A stretch of 64,000 bases of DNA from positions 10,230,001-10,294,000 of the forward strand of contig JBHGNT010000001.1 in the NCBI GenBank assembly GCA_043228905.1. Reading direction: 5' to 3'. This DNA comes from Azolla caroliniana. Its lineage: Eukaryota; Plantae; Polypodiophyta. The notes beneath the pieces are model-generated. The model was not told the DNA's origin. It saw nothing but the letters and a program-made list of their open reading frames with translations, and searched no databases. Both the position numbers and the translations under genes were made by a program. The stretch's first letter is position 1. The number at the start of each line of letters is the position of its first letter. Below are positions 12,873-26,050 of the stretch, piece after piece.

Positions 12873-13906
12873 TCGGTATATCCTTCGAATCGAATCGAAA
12901 TTCCCGATTTATAGAGAATACCGAAATCCATCGTCCCATTCACATAGCGTAATACTCGCTTAGCGTAGAACAGGTGGATGTTTCATGGTGTCTGCATGAA
13001 CTAGCTAAGGAGACCAACTGAATAACTTAGATCAGGCCAAGTGATTGTGAGGTAAATAAAGCTGCCGACCAGTGGACGGTATTGGGGCGGCTCGCATCCT
13101 GTAGTTCCAAAGTTGACATTGATCTTTTGATTACGATCGAGGGTTGCTATGGGCTTACACTCTGTCATCCCAAACTTGAAGAGAAGATTGAGGATATAGT
13201 GTCTTTGAGAGATTAGGGTGTCGTCGGGGGTCTGAATTACTTCTATTCTTAGAAAGTAATGGAGCTCCTTCATATCGGTCATTTGGAATCGGTCGGAGAG
13301 TAGCCTTTTGGTATACATTCGATGTCCCTGAGGTGCTCTCCTCGAATGACCAAGTCATCTACATAAATTATGATGAATAGTTGTCCTCTAAAATCACTCT
13401 AGATGAATAGAGAATTATCAGACTTGGACATTTTAAAACCGATTTGGTGAAGATATTGGGTTATCTTCGAATGTCATGCTCTCGTGCTTGCTTGAGACAG
13501 TAGAGAGGCTTTTTGAGTCGGTAGACAACAATCAGATGTGTACTCGACTCGAATCAGGATGCGCACCATGTACACCTCGTCTAACTCTCCTTGTAGGAAG
13601 GTGTTCTTTACATTCATTGGTGGAGGTGCCACCCTTTTGCTGTTGCAAGCACGATCAGAGTTCGAATGGTAGTCATGTTTGCCACCCGGGCAAAGGTCTC
13701 TTCGTAATCGACCCCGTGTGTCTGTGCATACCCTTTTGCCACAACTCGAGCCTTTCTCACCTCCTGGTAAACCACTAAACTCACTGTCAGGTGAGTGTTC
13801 CAATTTGATTCCTTTTGAGTTTTCGTACTTAGGAATTTTGGTCTTCCCTTTGTCCATCTTCAGACTCGGCCACGACATGCTTTGGTCACTCGGGGGCTCC
13901 TGTGGC

Positions 13907-14142
13907 TGTTACCGTACGAGACGTATGTGTGATGGATAAGTGAGGGTGAAAGATGTAATGTGTTGATATGTATGTGTGATTTTATACGATTATGAGTGTG
14001 AATGTAAGTGTGAGTGTGGTAGATACAAAGAGGTGTGAGTGAGTGACTAGGTGTGAATGCCAAGGGGGCTTGCACCCTTGTGGATCTACCCCTTTGTACC
14101 TGTTTAACCCCTTATGGGGAATGAATGAATAGAACAATAACC

Positions 14143-14205
<63 letters not shown>

Positions 14206-14396
14206 CTTACGTTGAACCCCCTTGGGAGGGGGGTGGAGCCATTCTAGGCACCACCCCCCACCCCTCAATGCTTGTGTTGTTCTTCATGATCTCTCACCAT
14301 CATCATCACACATACATTATCAATCTACCATGATTGTTAACCCTATTCCTAACTTTATCATTATCATCATTAATCCTAACCCTAAATCCTATAACA
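13907..14396. mobile_element. Solo LTR inserted in the Copia element
   Basis: TGTTAC...ATAACA ends; flanks GTGGC/GTGGT (5-bp TSD with 1 mismatch); internal (CT)n; Copia sequence resumes on both sides. Confidence 0.7.
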
Positions 14397-14787
14397 GTGG
14401 TCACTCAACCTAGTTGAGACTGGATTCTTTTCTTATGTGAGCCTTAGTCGGTTGTCCTCCTCCGAGTCCATATCGAAATTGGTTTCGATTAGATGATCAG
14501 ATGGAGCCGAGTAGACCGAGTACCAGGATGCTGATTCGTTGAATACAATATCCCAACTCACTCATACCTTTTTGGTATATGGGTTGAAGCAGTTGTACCC
14601 CTATTGTTTGAGTGAGTGCCCCACAACGATACACTTCTGCGATTTCGGATCGAGCTTTTGCTGCTTTTCATCGGGAATATATATGAATGTGATCGATCCG
14701 AATATCTTGACGTGGGATAAGTTCGGCTTCTTTCCATAGAACTTTTCGTGGGGGGTGATATCATGCACTTCAGATGTTGTGCACCAG

Positions 14788-16500
14788 TGTCGTGTTGTTA
14801 CGCTTGCGCGTGGGGAACTAAGGCGGGACCACGGGGGCCCTGGACCGAGGAGTACACGAAATAGGGAGGAGAAGAGAGCGGAAGTGATGAGCCGACGATT
14901 ACCGGCTACAGACAAGTAGCTGGATGAGGGCCGGCAAGTGCCCGTTACCGGCACGCAGTGCTCACCGGACCAAACGAAAACACAACTAGCTCTCACCGGC
15001 TCACCGGAAACATGACAGTGGACAAAGAACAGACAAGGGTGCGCACCCAACCAGTTACGAGACAACAACGAGTTAGAGAGCACACAGATACACTGGGAGG
15101 CGACAACTCAAAGAATCAATTCAACCTAATAAGTGATTACAATGCTCCCAAGATTACAATCGGCACGACAGTGACCAACCAAATACACACCCACGCACAC
15201 ACCCGAAACACGCAATGGAGCCCTTGTTGGAAGCGCACGGGCTTCTCTCGTGAGCAGAGGCGACCGACGAAAAATCTGCAGAGATCAACGGGAATGAGGA
15301 GAAGGAGGCTCGGTTCCCAGTCCGACAGCACTTCGTCCTCGCCAAAAACGTGATCCCATTTCAGGCTTCTCCAATTCCTTTTATAGTCGCCGGGGAGGGA
15401 TTGTCACGTCCTATTTACATTGTGTTTATTCTCTGTCCCTTCGGACAGAGATACACATCGATTTTGTAGCTAATAAATATGCTCTACCTAGTATATTTAC
15501 ATCAGGCTAACCCATTCCTAGTTCTGTACAAACTTGTCAATTTACGCATCCACATGTAAAGGTCAGTTCACCTGCTTTATCCTCCAATTCCTCTTAAGGC
15601 CGGTTTTCTTCACGACATCCACCCCCACCAAACCACGCATCCACTGGCATGCGCCAGAAGGAACAAATACCGGAGAAAACTGGCTCGTGTTCACCCATCG
15701 CCCTCCGAATCATCGTCCGCTCCGAACCGGTCATGATCGTCATCCGCACTCCCCGGGTTTGGTTCGTCTTCATGCTGCTTCTTGAAGGCCTTGATCCTCT
15801 TCTCGGTTACCGGCACTGCTATCCACGCCCCGTCGAGCTTCGTGAGATGGTAAGTGTCATTGTCGTTTACACTCGTTACGGCGTAGGGCCCGAACAACCT
15901 CCTCGCGAACTTACGCATCGCCTTGTGCTGGTTGTCGAGGCTGTTGTCGTAAACCAACACCCAGTCACCTTCCTCAATCTTCTTTGGTCGTAGTCGGTGA
16001 GTTCGGTCAAACCAGCCCTTGTTCTTCACCCTTGCCGCGTGCAACCTTGCCCTTCACATGCCCGTACTAACGTCTTCATGATCGGCCCGTGCCCGCGCTC
16101 TATCTTCCCGTTAACCTCTGGATTGTATGCCGTGGTGAGGGAGAGCTTGACCCCTAATCGGGCGAACAACTCTTCGGCTTCTTGTGCATCTAGCTCTCCC
16201 TGGTCAACCACGATCTTTCCCACACATCCGTACCGGCATACCACTTCGTTGATTAGAAATTGGCATACAACCGCAGTCGTCTTATTCTGTAGTGTGCGGC
16301 CCTTCACTTGGTTCGTCAAGTCCTCTCGTGCAAGCACCAGGTACCGCATCTGCCCTACCCCCATCGGCATTGTCACTAAGTCTACCATCCATTTGAAATG
16401 GAAGGTCGGCAGGTAGGTCGGGTGTAGCTCGTCTCGATGTCAGATCGCGGAATGCATCTGGCAACTCTCACACGTCTTCACGAACTGATGCACGTCTCGG
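14788..16500 (-). mobile_element. 3' fragment of a Gypsy element (integrase + 3' LTR 14788-15617), related to 6017-12872
   Basis: Integrase ORFs 15691-16388 closely match 11008-12185. PPT complement TCCACCCCCACC at 15618. LTR end matches ...TAACAAC(G/A)CGACA. Confidence 0.88.
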
Positions 16501-19500
16501 TGTCGCGTTGTTACGCGCGTGCGTGTAGAAGGGGTGGGACCACGGGGGTCTCGGACTAGGGAGTAGAGGAGAAAGAATAAGGTATGATATGGAGCCTTAG
16601 CTCAAGAGGAGAAGAGGAAAGAATAAGACCATGACATAGAAGGAGAGATCGGCCAAGGTAAGATACTCAACAAGATATATTAAAACAAACGAATGATTAC
16701 AACAATGGCGGCCGCATGGGCCGCACCAAACGACTATGAGAAAACCCTAAACGAAACCCTAACCCTAAAACGGTAAGAACTCTAGGCTAAGTGGTATACC
16801 TTTCATACGCAAAATAGGCAACCCTTCATAAGTGACCCCTCCCTTCCTTGTATAGCCCAAGGAGGGAGGGACCTTACAATGTGGGATAAAATTTCCCCTC
16901 TTATTTCTATACACCATTTCCTAGTATACGTGTGCACATGTTGCACACCACCGACTTGCCCTTTCCACCCCGGTTTCACACTATAGCCGGAAATCTTCAC
17001 GACATCCACCCCCACCAAACCGCACATCCACCGGTATGTGCCAAGAAAGGAAAAAGGTGAGAGATTTCGGCGATGGTGATCAACCAGGTCCTTCGCCTTA
17101 CCGGCACCCAACCGTCTTCCCGGTCCCTTGCCAGCACTGATCCGTCTTGCAAGCTCCTTACCAGCCCCGACCCGCCGGCTCCATCCGATCCACCATATCT
17201 GACGTTCGCGCCATCTTCTTCGATCGGCCCTCCCGAATGCCATTGCTGACCCGGTTGCTCTTCCTTTGTTCGCCTCATATGTCCTCTGGATGCGCTCCCG
17301 ATCTCTCCGATTGCACTCTGGATTCCGCCCTTTGCGTGCCCTTTCGAAAAGGTACGTTGCTTCCCCGACATCTGAATTGGTGCTCTCATCTTCGGTGTCC
17401 TCCGCAACATCCGATGTTGCCACTTCGCCCCAAGGTACACCCTCTTGGTCCGCCTAGCCCGCTCGGCCGCACACATCCTTCGGGATGCCCCATTTGCTCT
17501 TCACGGTACGTGACCCTTCGTTCTCCACGCATCTCCTCTGTTTTCCCAGACACAATCCTTCGTTCATGCCGATCGCGCTCGTCTCGTTCCGTCGATCTTG
17601 GCGTCTCATCATGCCGATCGTGCTCGTCATCATTGGTCACTCATTGCGGCTCCTCCGAATGCACGCTCATTCTTTGGTCCTTAGGTGACCCCATTATGCG
17701 CACCTCGATTCTCCCTTGCTCTCCGTGCTCTCTCGTAGTAGAGCGTATCGTCATCCCGACCTTCGTGTCGGGGTTCTTCGTGGCTCTCGTTACCGCTTCA
17801 TCCCAACTCGCATCCTCTTGGCTTGCTTGGCCTTGCATGCCCTCCAAGAAGCCGCCACGTTTTCTCTTGTTGGTGTGTACCCCGTCGTTCTCCGCGCACC
17901 ATCCTTCGCTCTCGCCGCCCATCCGCCGATCCCGGCATCTCGCCGCTTCGTCTCTCATTGCGCTTTTGCCTCTCAAAGGCTCGACCGGACCGCTATCACC
18001 GGTCACTTGTTGTGGCTCTTCCGAATACATGCTCGTTTCTTGGCCCTTGAGTGGCTATAGAGCATGCTCCGTTTTACGCTGTCGTGACAATTTTCGGCCA
18101 CGGTGTGAAACCGAGTGAGACAAATAAACCAAGGATGTGCAACATTGCACATGCACTTAGCAAATAAACCTAAGGCCTAGTGGCACTTGAGTTCATACAG
18201 AGGGGTGCAAGCAAGGTTTGAACCTTGCACCTCTAAGGTACAAGATGATTGCCTTACCATTAGGACAACTATCATATAGTGTAGATTCTATGTATTTCCT
18301 TTTTATATACGAATTATAGATGAAACAACCATAGAAAACCATGTGAACAAAACCATGGTTCTAAACCCATGGTTTGTGCATGACATAAGCAAAACCGTGT
18401 GCACAAAACCATGGTTTTAGCCCATGGTTTTGTGCATGTCACAAGCATGGAAAGACCTATAAAAGCCTCTAGTTGGGCTTGTGTAAGGGGGGCTCAATAT
18501 GTGATATCACCAACACCATTATCATCAATATAATTATATTTGTCTTTATCTTCTTCATATTTTTCTACTTCTTAAGTGTACAATCTTTCTTCTTCTCAAG
18601 TAAACCAATTTCCTCTAATCTTACATTGATCGTCATCTCTTCGATAATTCTGCAAACATCCTCCCCAATCCAAGACCCCGGTGGTCGCTCGAGTAGCACA
18701 CGCACGCGCAAATCTTCTCGAAAACGCCATAGTGCATACTTCGTATTATGCGCCTCATCCGCCATAGACCCGACCTCCGCGTCGGTCTCTTCGTCCTTCG
18801 TTGCCGTAGCCCCTTCCGACTCCGGCTTGCCTTCTTGGCCGTGCTCATCCGTCTTCACGCATCGGGTACCCATTCCGGTAGCCTCGTCCGTTCCGGTCTC
18901 CAACTCCTTGCCGCCACCCGTCGTCTCTCCGGTCTTATGTTGATCCGCAACCGCCAAAGTCTCTAGAATAGGTGGGGAGGGTCCCGCTCGTTTCCGGTCT
19001 TCCATGGAACCGTAGTCATCATGCCCGCTTGGCCTCCTTCTCGCGCTCACCGGCTCCCACCATGTGTTGCGACTCGTCTTCCCCGATATCCAATCATGCC
19101 GATTTGGTCCTTGCCCGGTTTGATCCCGATTGATCATGTTCCGGTTCGGTCGGCTCCCTTCCGTGATCGTAACCGGCTGGTACATGTTTGTCCGAACAAA
19201 TCCGGCCTTGTCGGCTCTTCTTCGGTTCGCGCCTGGTTGACCGGACCCCGTTCCAATCTTCTTCCGCGTTGTCTTCTAGTCGTGTCGGATTATCGACCGG
19301 TTCATCTTCCGGTCAGGTCGGTTCCCGACTCTCTCCTCTTTGCCGCACCCGACCTCTCCATCGGTCCTCTTGTATATGCCTGTTCCGGGCCTCGCATCCT
19401 CATCTTCGTACGTGTTCGCTCCGGGCCACGCCTCCTCACGGCCACCACCCTTCTCTCCGGTCTTATGTTGGCATTCGAGCACAACCGTCATAGTCTCCGG

Positions 19501-21326
19501 TCTCGGTGTCGAGGGGTCTTTCCTCCATCCGCTATGACCTTCCTCGTCAACGTTTCGGTCGTCCGCTTTGCCGCCGCCACCTTCCGTCTCTCCGGTCTCA
19601 CGTGGGCTCTTGGGGCCGACCGCCGATGTCTCTAGAATAGGTGTGGGAAAAGTCTCGGTACCATCACTCGCCGATGTCATGTTTGTAGCCACCTTCGTTC
19701 GGACGTCGTGGTCCGTGGCTATCTCGTCCCCGGTTACGCAAGCCTCGGTTATGCTTGCTACCTCCTCATCCTCGTCCTCATCTCGGTTGCCCGCCTTGTC
19801 ATCGCTCTAGGACTCACGCTGGCACTCGGGCCGACCGCCGGAGCCTCTAGGGCCGGTGTATGTAAGGCCGCGGCACCGCCGCTCATTGTCTCCGTGGCCG
19901 CCTCCGTCCGAACGTCATTGTCCGTGGTTACCCCGTCTCCGATTGATCATGTTCCGGTTCGGTTAACCTTGCTACCTCCTTGTCCTCATCGTCGTCTCGG
20001 TTGCCCGCCTTGCCGCCGCCACCGCCCATCGCTCTAGGACTCACGCCGGCACTCAGACCGGCTGTCGAAGCCTCTAGGACCGATGTGGGTAAGATCCCGG
20101 CACCGCCGCTCGTTATGTCCGTAGCCACCTCTATCCGGATGTCATTGTCCGTGGCTACCCCATCTTCGATCGTGGAAGCCTTGATTACGCTTGCCGCCTC
20201 CTCTTCCTTGATCTCCTTGCCGTCGTCTTGGTTGCCCGCCTTGCCGCCGCCACCGTTCATCACTCTAGGTCTCACACCGGCTCTCGGGCCGGATGCCGGA
20301 GTCTCTAGATTCGGTGTGGGTAAGGTCCTGGCATTACCACTCGTCTCCTCCCCGCTCGATGTTTTGGGCCATCGTGTCCCGAAACCTCCGCCCAGTCTCG
20401 AAGTGGTGCTCCCCGCTTCGTAGTCACCGGCCTCGTCCACGGCCATCCCTTTTCTGCAGGACGAGAGGGTCGCTTGCCCTGCACCCTCTCCCACGTCGTC
20501 GTCATTGCACGCTCTTCCGGCCTCCGTATAGGCCCCATCGTCCACGCATAGCGAGGCTTCTTCCTCCACATCCTCGGATCGTCTCCGGCCCGACTCCATA
20601 ATAAGCCCTTCTTTAGCTTCGAACTTCACCTTCACGCTCTCGCACGCCTCCCATACCAACGCCTCTAGGTCGTACTCCTCCGGTTGATCGCGCGTCGAGC
20701 TCTCTTCCAACAGTAGTGCATAGCCGCTCACCGCCCTCTCTTCTCCGCCGCTCGTGGGCCACGTTGTTGCCGACCGCTCCCCATTGGGTTGCCGGCAATA
20801 CCCACTCCGGTTTCGCGTATCCGTATGCGTCCAATAGAGCTCCCTCAAAGGACTCCCATGACTCGTGAGCTTCTTGAAGCTCCTTGACCTCTTTGTGCAC
20901 TGATACGACCGCCACTTGACGAAAATATTCTAGTCGCATCACTTCCTTCATGCCCCTCCTCGTCATCTCGGCTTTGTACGCTTCCAAGAACCTCGGGCCT
21001 TCGTCCCTATTGAATCGGCCGACTCGATTGACCACCCTCTCGACGGCTTGTTGAGCCACATCTTGCCTTGCCTTCTTCCGTCGGGCCTCCATCACAATCT
21101 TCGCCATCACCTCCGCAAAGTCGAAGTCTTCTTCCATCTCTATGCTCCCTTGCCGCCCTTCACGTCAGGTTCACCAAAGATGTCGCGTTGTTACGCGCGT
21201 GCGTGTAGAAGGGGTGGGACCACGGGGGTCTCGAACTAGGGAGTAGAGGAGAAAGAATAAGGTATGATATGGAGGCTTAGCTCAAGAGGAGAAGAGGAAA
21301 GAATAAGACCATGACATAGAAGGAGA
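16501..21326 (-). mobile_element. Non-autonomous Gypsy derivative (gag remnant, no recognisable pol) nested in the previous element
   Basis: 3' LTR 16501-17004 with PPT. 5' LTR remnant 21181-21326 near-identical to 16501-16646. tRNA-Trp PBS at 21159-21176. gag-like ORF 20613-21137 (VGRFNRDEGPRFLEAYKAEM vs IGRFGGKDATSYLEAYRAEM). Degenerate internal repeats. Confidence 0.85.
18080..18723 (+). mobile_element. Solo LTR with ACGC 4-bp TSD
   Basis: Starts TGTCGTGA and ends TCTCGAAA (mutated CGACA). ACGC at 18076-18079 and 18724-18727. AT-rich island in a GC-rich host, with AAAACCATGG repeats and CTATAAAAG. Confidence 0.8.
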
Positions 21327-21854
21327 ACTTGGTCTAGTGTGTGAACTCACCTTGACAGTGAAGAGACACTCCAACGGTCAAGAGTCACCATTATGTCACC
21401 ACTTTGTATTCTAGCATTTAGTATGAGTCATAGAATCATATTCTATGACACATAACTTATGAGCTTTCACATTCCCCATGCTCCATGAGTCTTGTAGTTA
21501 ATGAAGAGAGAGGGTGACTACATAAAGCACCCTCCTCCCACCATGTATAATGTTGAGTCTTTCTCCTTTGTTAATATACTTAACCTTGAGTATTCTCTGT
21601 GTTTTACTCTTTGTCTCTCTCACTCTCTCTCTCTCTCACATACACACACATAACTCATATCTCTTCCGCTTCACAAGAATCATATCTGATTCTTTACATA
21701 TGCAAACTTGGGTACCTACTTAAGCACTATTAAGTGGAATATAGTCATTTGGAATGCAACTCGTTTAGGAAATGTACATAATCTCCACATGGAGAAGAGC
21801 CATAAAACTCTTCCATATCTTTTGCAAACTTATTCATGTCGATATTGTAGTAGG

Positions 21855-22702
21855 TAGGGATCGGCAACGGCTCTGCTCAAGCCTAAACCGTTTGGCTTAG
21901 CCGGCTCGGTTTAGGCTTGAACTTGCCTTAACGGTTTGAGCTCGGCTCGGTTTGGCTTGAGCCTCGCCAAACCGGCTCAAGCTGGCTTAAAGCGGCTTAG
22001 CGGCTCGGTTTAGGCTTGAACTTGCCTTAACGGTTTGAGCTCGGCTCGGCTTGGCTTGAGCCTCGCCAAACCGGCTCAAGCCGGCTAAGCCGTTTAGAAA
22101 CTTTAGAGAGAGGGAGAGAGAGAGTGTGTGTGTGTGTGGGAGTGAGAGAGTGAGAGAGTGAGGGAGAACTACACAGACGAGGAGAGAGAGAAAGGGAGAG
22201 AGACAACAGACAAGGGGAAAGAGAGAGAGAGTGAGAGTGAGAGAGGGAGGGAGAACTACACAGACGAGGAGAGAGAGAGAGAGTGAGTGAGTGAGTGAGG
22301 GAGGGAGAACTACACAGATGAGGAGAGAGAGGGGGGGAGGGAGACAACAGATAAGGGGAGAGGGAGAGAGAGAGAGAGAGACTATACAGAGGGGAGAGAG
22401 AGAGAGAGAGAGAATGTGTGTGTCTGGGAGGGAGAGCTTGTACAATGTATATTATATACATAATGGATCATCTGAGAGAGAGGGAGAGAGGGAGGTAGGG
22501 AGAGAGAGAGAGAGAGAGGGAGGATTCCAAACCGGTTTCCAAGCCGGTTTGGAAACTGGTTTCTAAGCCGTTTACCAAACTAGTTTGTGAACCGGTTCGG
22601 TTTGGTTCAGGTTTGAGATCCCCAAAAAAATTTAGGCTTAGCCGGTTTGGCTTGGATCAGGCCAAACCGCCTAAGCCTAAACCGAACTGTTGTCGATCCC
22701 TA
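21855..22702. mobile_element. hAT-type MITE
   Basis: TIR TAGGGATCGGCAAC / GTTGTCGATCCCTA; 8-bp TSD GTAGTAGG/GTAGTATG; subterminal AAACCG/CGGTTT motif arrays around a GA-rich core. Confidence 0.88.
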
Positions 22703-22989
22703 GTAGTATGTATGCTTCAAAGAAAATAATTAGTTGGAAATGCATTGATATTGGTTGGCACCATGGGATCAATCATCAAATGGCAAAGGATATACGTCAC
22801 ACACACACAAACACACACACGGAGTAGCAAGACATTACTACATTAGAAGATGCCATAGAAAATTTCCGACATCATTCATTTTGTGGATGTTCCTTCGTTA
22901 ACCAATAAAACCATCCGAGTTCTCCCCAAAATCATAGGTCTATATTACAAAACAATGGGCGAATTGTAAGAATTATGTATACTATCAAT

Positions 22990-23418
22990 TGTTACGAATT
23001 ACATGATTAACTACGGGTTAATTAGTACCTAATTGTGAGATTGGTTGAGCAGAAGATTAAGTGATATGTGTGTGTATGTGTGTGAGAGGAAGAGAGAGAG
23101 GAAGATACACTTATGAACAACACAAGATGGGGGATGAGTAATTACATTAGAAAGCATCATCAAATACAAAAATACCATCAATGAGGTATATATAGATCTC
23201 ATGTGCAAGGGTGCACATGTGTGAGGAGAATATAGGTACAACCGTGTAAGTCCTATATTAAATGACCTTGGGAGTGGAGGATCTAGAATATCCTACTTAA
23301 GTATAGGGTCCTATTTAAGGCATTATAGTCAACACTTCTAACTAGATTCTATTTAGGTAACTACGAAGTTACATGGTTGACTAAACAACTAAACTAAGTT
23401 GAGCTTGATCTCTCAACA
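22990..23418 (-). mobile_element. Solo LTR of the Copia family at 30525-34536
   Basis: Reverse-complement homologue of LTR 30525-30951; perfect 5-bp TSD TCAAT (22985-22989, 23419-23423). Confidence 0.92.
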
Positions 23419-24577
23419 TCAATATTAGCTTTAGGAAAAGTGTTCAACATATCTATCTCTAACCTACTTTTGCAAATCCACATGACAATGTACCCCATGA
23501 AACCACATTTTGTTTTGTCAACTGAACAAATACCTTTTGTGCCTCTAATGTTTTCACACTTTGGATCCATTTCAAACTAGCATTTTGTATAGCTCAATCT
23601 TTATCGAACCCGTCACTAATTGTTAATTCATGTAGGATCAGGCCATGCAACAACATATATACCACAATACTACATGCTTTCAAAACAAAAATTCATATGA
23701 ATTATAGAGTTTTTACATCCCCTCAATATAATGAGAAGACATTAGACCATACAAACTAAGCAAGTTATGCCTTATCATAGCTCACATGTGAAGAAATTAT
23801 TGCATTCCATTAAGTGTAAACTTGGTGGCTTTGGAAGAATAGAAAAAGTACAACAAAATTGTTAATTCAAATTTCCTTCTTGCTAATTCAATAGAATTCA
23901 AAGAATATATATTACACTTTTTTGAGAAACACCATAATCAATCAAGAGACACATAATCAAATGGAACACAATTCAAGATTTATGAATTCAAAAAAGATAT
24001 ATTGTTCGAGTATAATTTTTACAAATGTTGAAAAGTGAAAATACAATGTTCCACACTATTTATTATTGTGAACCATCGTACATAGCCTAGTCAAATATCA
24101 TATGAGAAGAATCCTGACCACACTAGTTGCAAAAATGCATCAGCCTATTCTCATGTCCATGGACCCTACAAAAGGCACCAAACAAGGTTAACATGACTAA
24201 AAGGTAAACAATAACAACAAAATACCTACTTTTTGCCTGCTATTACAAAGAAGGACAAGGCGAAATCAAAGTTTAATGCTAAATGTTGCAAGAAATCATT
24301 AGCTCATGAAGATGTGAGCAATATTGCATTTCAGTCTCTAATGTTCATTGTCACGATGACATTCAAAACACCCCAAATATGACCAAAAGGTAAAGAATAA
24401 CAACAAAATGTCTACTTTCTTACACGTTGTTCATGAACTAACTAGTATCCCGCACTTTGCTTGTTGGTCCCCCCAAAGGTTGAAATTGGAGACCGAGGAA
24501 GCCCGTAGAGAGAGAGAGAGACACACACACACACACACATAGTGAGCACGCAAAGAAACACAAAGACAGAGAGGAGG

Positions 24578-24886
24578 TAACAATCGGCAATGGTTCGGTT
24601 TGGTTAGGTTCAAGAGTGTCCAAACCAAATTGTTTAAAAATTTTGAAACCTAAACCGGATCGAACCAAACCACGAAATCGTTAGGTAAAATCAAAATAGT
24701 TAAACCATTAAACTACGGTTTCATGGTTCAGTTTCGGTTTTCAAAATTTTAAAGATTTTTCTTAAAATGTGAGCATTAGGCTTAAAAATGAAACGGTTGT
24801 TTAAAACAAACTGTTTAAACCATCAAACCGTTAAGCCATAGTTTCGTGGTTCCGTTCAATTCAAACCGAACTGTTACCGATTTTTA
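24578..24886. mobile_element. hAT-type MITE (diverged)
   Basis: Imperfect TIR TAACAATCGGCAATGGTTCGGTTT vs reverse complement TAAAAATCGGTAACAGTTCGGTTT; perfect 8-bp TSD AGAGGAGG; AAACCG motifs. Confidence 0.82.
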
Positions 24887-24894
24887 AGAGGAGG

Positions 24895-24982
24895 TGTTAC
24901 GGGCATGACCATATATATTCACGTGTATAGAATATTACGGTAAATTCTCACCACAGGATATTATATTGTCATGCCCGTAACA
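24895..24982. repeat. 88-bp inverted-repeat mini-element
   Basis: TGTTACGGGCATGACCATATA ... TATATTGTCATGCCCGTAACA, 20/21 match. Confidence 0.7.
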
Positions 24983-25874
24983 AGAGGCATGTTCATGGGC
25001 TTTCACTAATGTTTTTGTATCAAATAGTGACTAGGGAATACTTCCCTTATAATAGGTACTACCTATTTATATTTGACGTCCCCAAAAATTGTGTTCTGAA
25101 AAAATATCATAAATTTGAACAAACATAGCATGACAAGACTGTTCCCGATTAAGGTTAAGATAGACACAATCATTTGGCAAAGACATGACTTTCTCCTTAA
25201 CCATGTAATGCAAAACCCTTTGTGGTTTGCTTTCCAAAGTCATGTGGATTGTTTCCTTGCTAGTGCTACATATAAGAGTAGAACTTAGAAGTTAGCAGTA
25301 GTAGAGTTGTTAGTACTCTAGTGAGAATGGATTTGTAGAGGGACAAATATCACAAGTCATATCTTGGTTGAGAGGATATATACGTAGAGGTAACAAAATT
25401 TGGTATATTAAAATATGTGTTCAAATATTTGGACATTTTCTTAAAATGCTAGATTATTTCATTCATGAAATTGAACATATGGTATATTAGTAAAGAAAAA
25501 TTTCCTGAACAATCCTACCTGTTGGCTATATGCACTCATATATAAGAACCCTAATTAAGGATTTTGATAATCTCAATTGAATCTCAATCAACATTGGATT
25601 CACTATAAAGTGGGATGCATAGAGTAAGTACACTGAATTTTTTTCTTATCGAACTTCACAAAAGATTGGTGATGTAAAAGAAAAAAAAAGCACAACTTGA
25701 AGGATCAAGCATGAAAAATCGTGCCAGACTAATGGCTGATGTATGACCGAACGCCACATATTATGTGATATATATTGAAAAAAAAATCAGTGTCACCTCA
25801 ATCATATCATGGGTCATGATGAATTTAACGATTGGCACATGCATGCACACCTTGTGTGCACCACTTGGATGGGG

Positions 25875-25876
<2 letters not shown>

Positions 25877-25936
<60 letters not shown>
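25877..25936. repeat. (TA)n microsatellite
   Basis: About 30 TA units. Confidence 0.95.
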
Positions 25937-25940
<4 letters not shown>

Positions 25941-26050
25941 CACCCTCCCACACATTAGTGTGAACTACCTATAGAGTAACTTAGTAGGTGCTAGTAAAGT
26001 AATTGTATCCTATAAGAGGAGAGTGAGCAATTAATCATCAGTTTCACACC

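Larger units (their letters stand above)
5380..14787 (-). mobile_element. Degenerate Ty1/Copia element (integrase end, RT, RNase H, PPT, partial LTR), split by nested insertions
   Basis: RNase H SSAKAEY...YCDN...TKHI...ADIFTKA...LRGS (5436-5903); RT FQMTDMKELHYFL (13001-13318); integrase TPHEKFYGKKPNLSHVKIFG (about 14600-14780). Removing the 6017-12872 insertion restores FEGYTDAYWAG. Left boundary approximate. Confidence 0.85.

Noticed and set aside
16742-16770. Telomeric repeats (AAACCCT)
   Set aside because: Only three scattered copies inside an LTR, typical of telo-box-like motifs rather than an interstitial telomere.
21327-21698. Additional LTR fragment
   Set aside because: It has LTR-like composition and a ...TTACA end, but no left end, TSD or PBS could be fixed, so it is not listed as a feature.
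21987-22566. Leu/Ser-rich or Glu/Arg-rich ORFs
   Set aside because: Translations of GA/CT microsatellite in a MITE. The same applies to ORFs over 25761-25974, 36490-36856 and 48094-48712.
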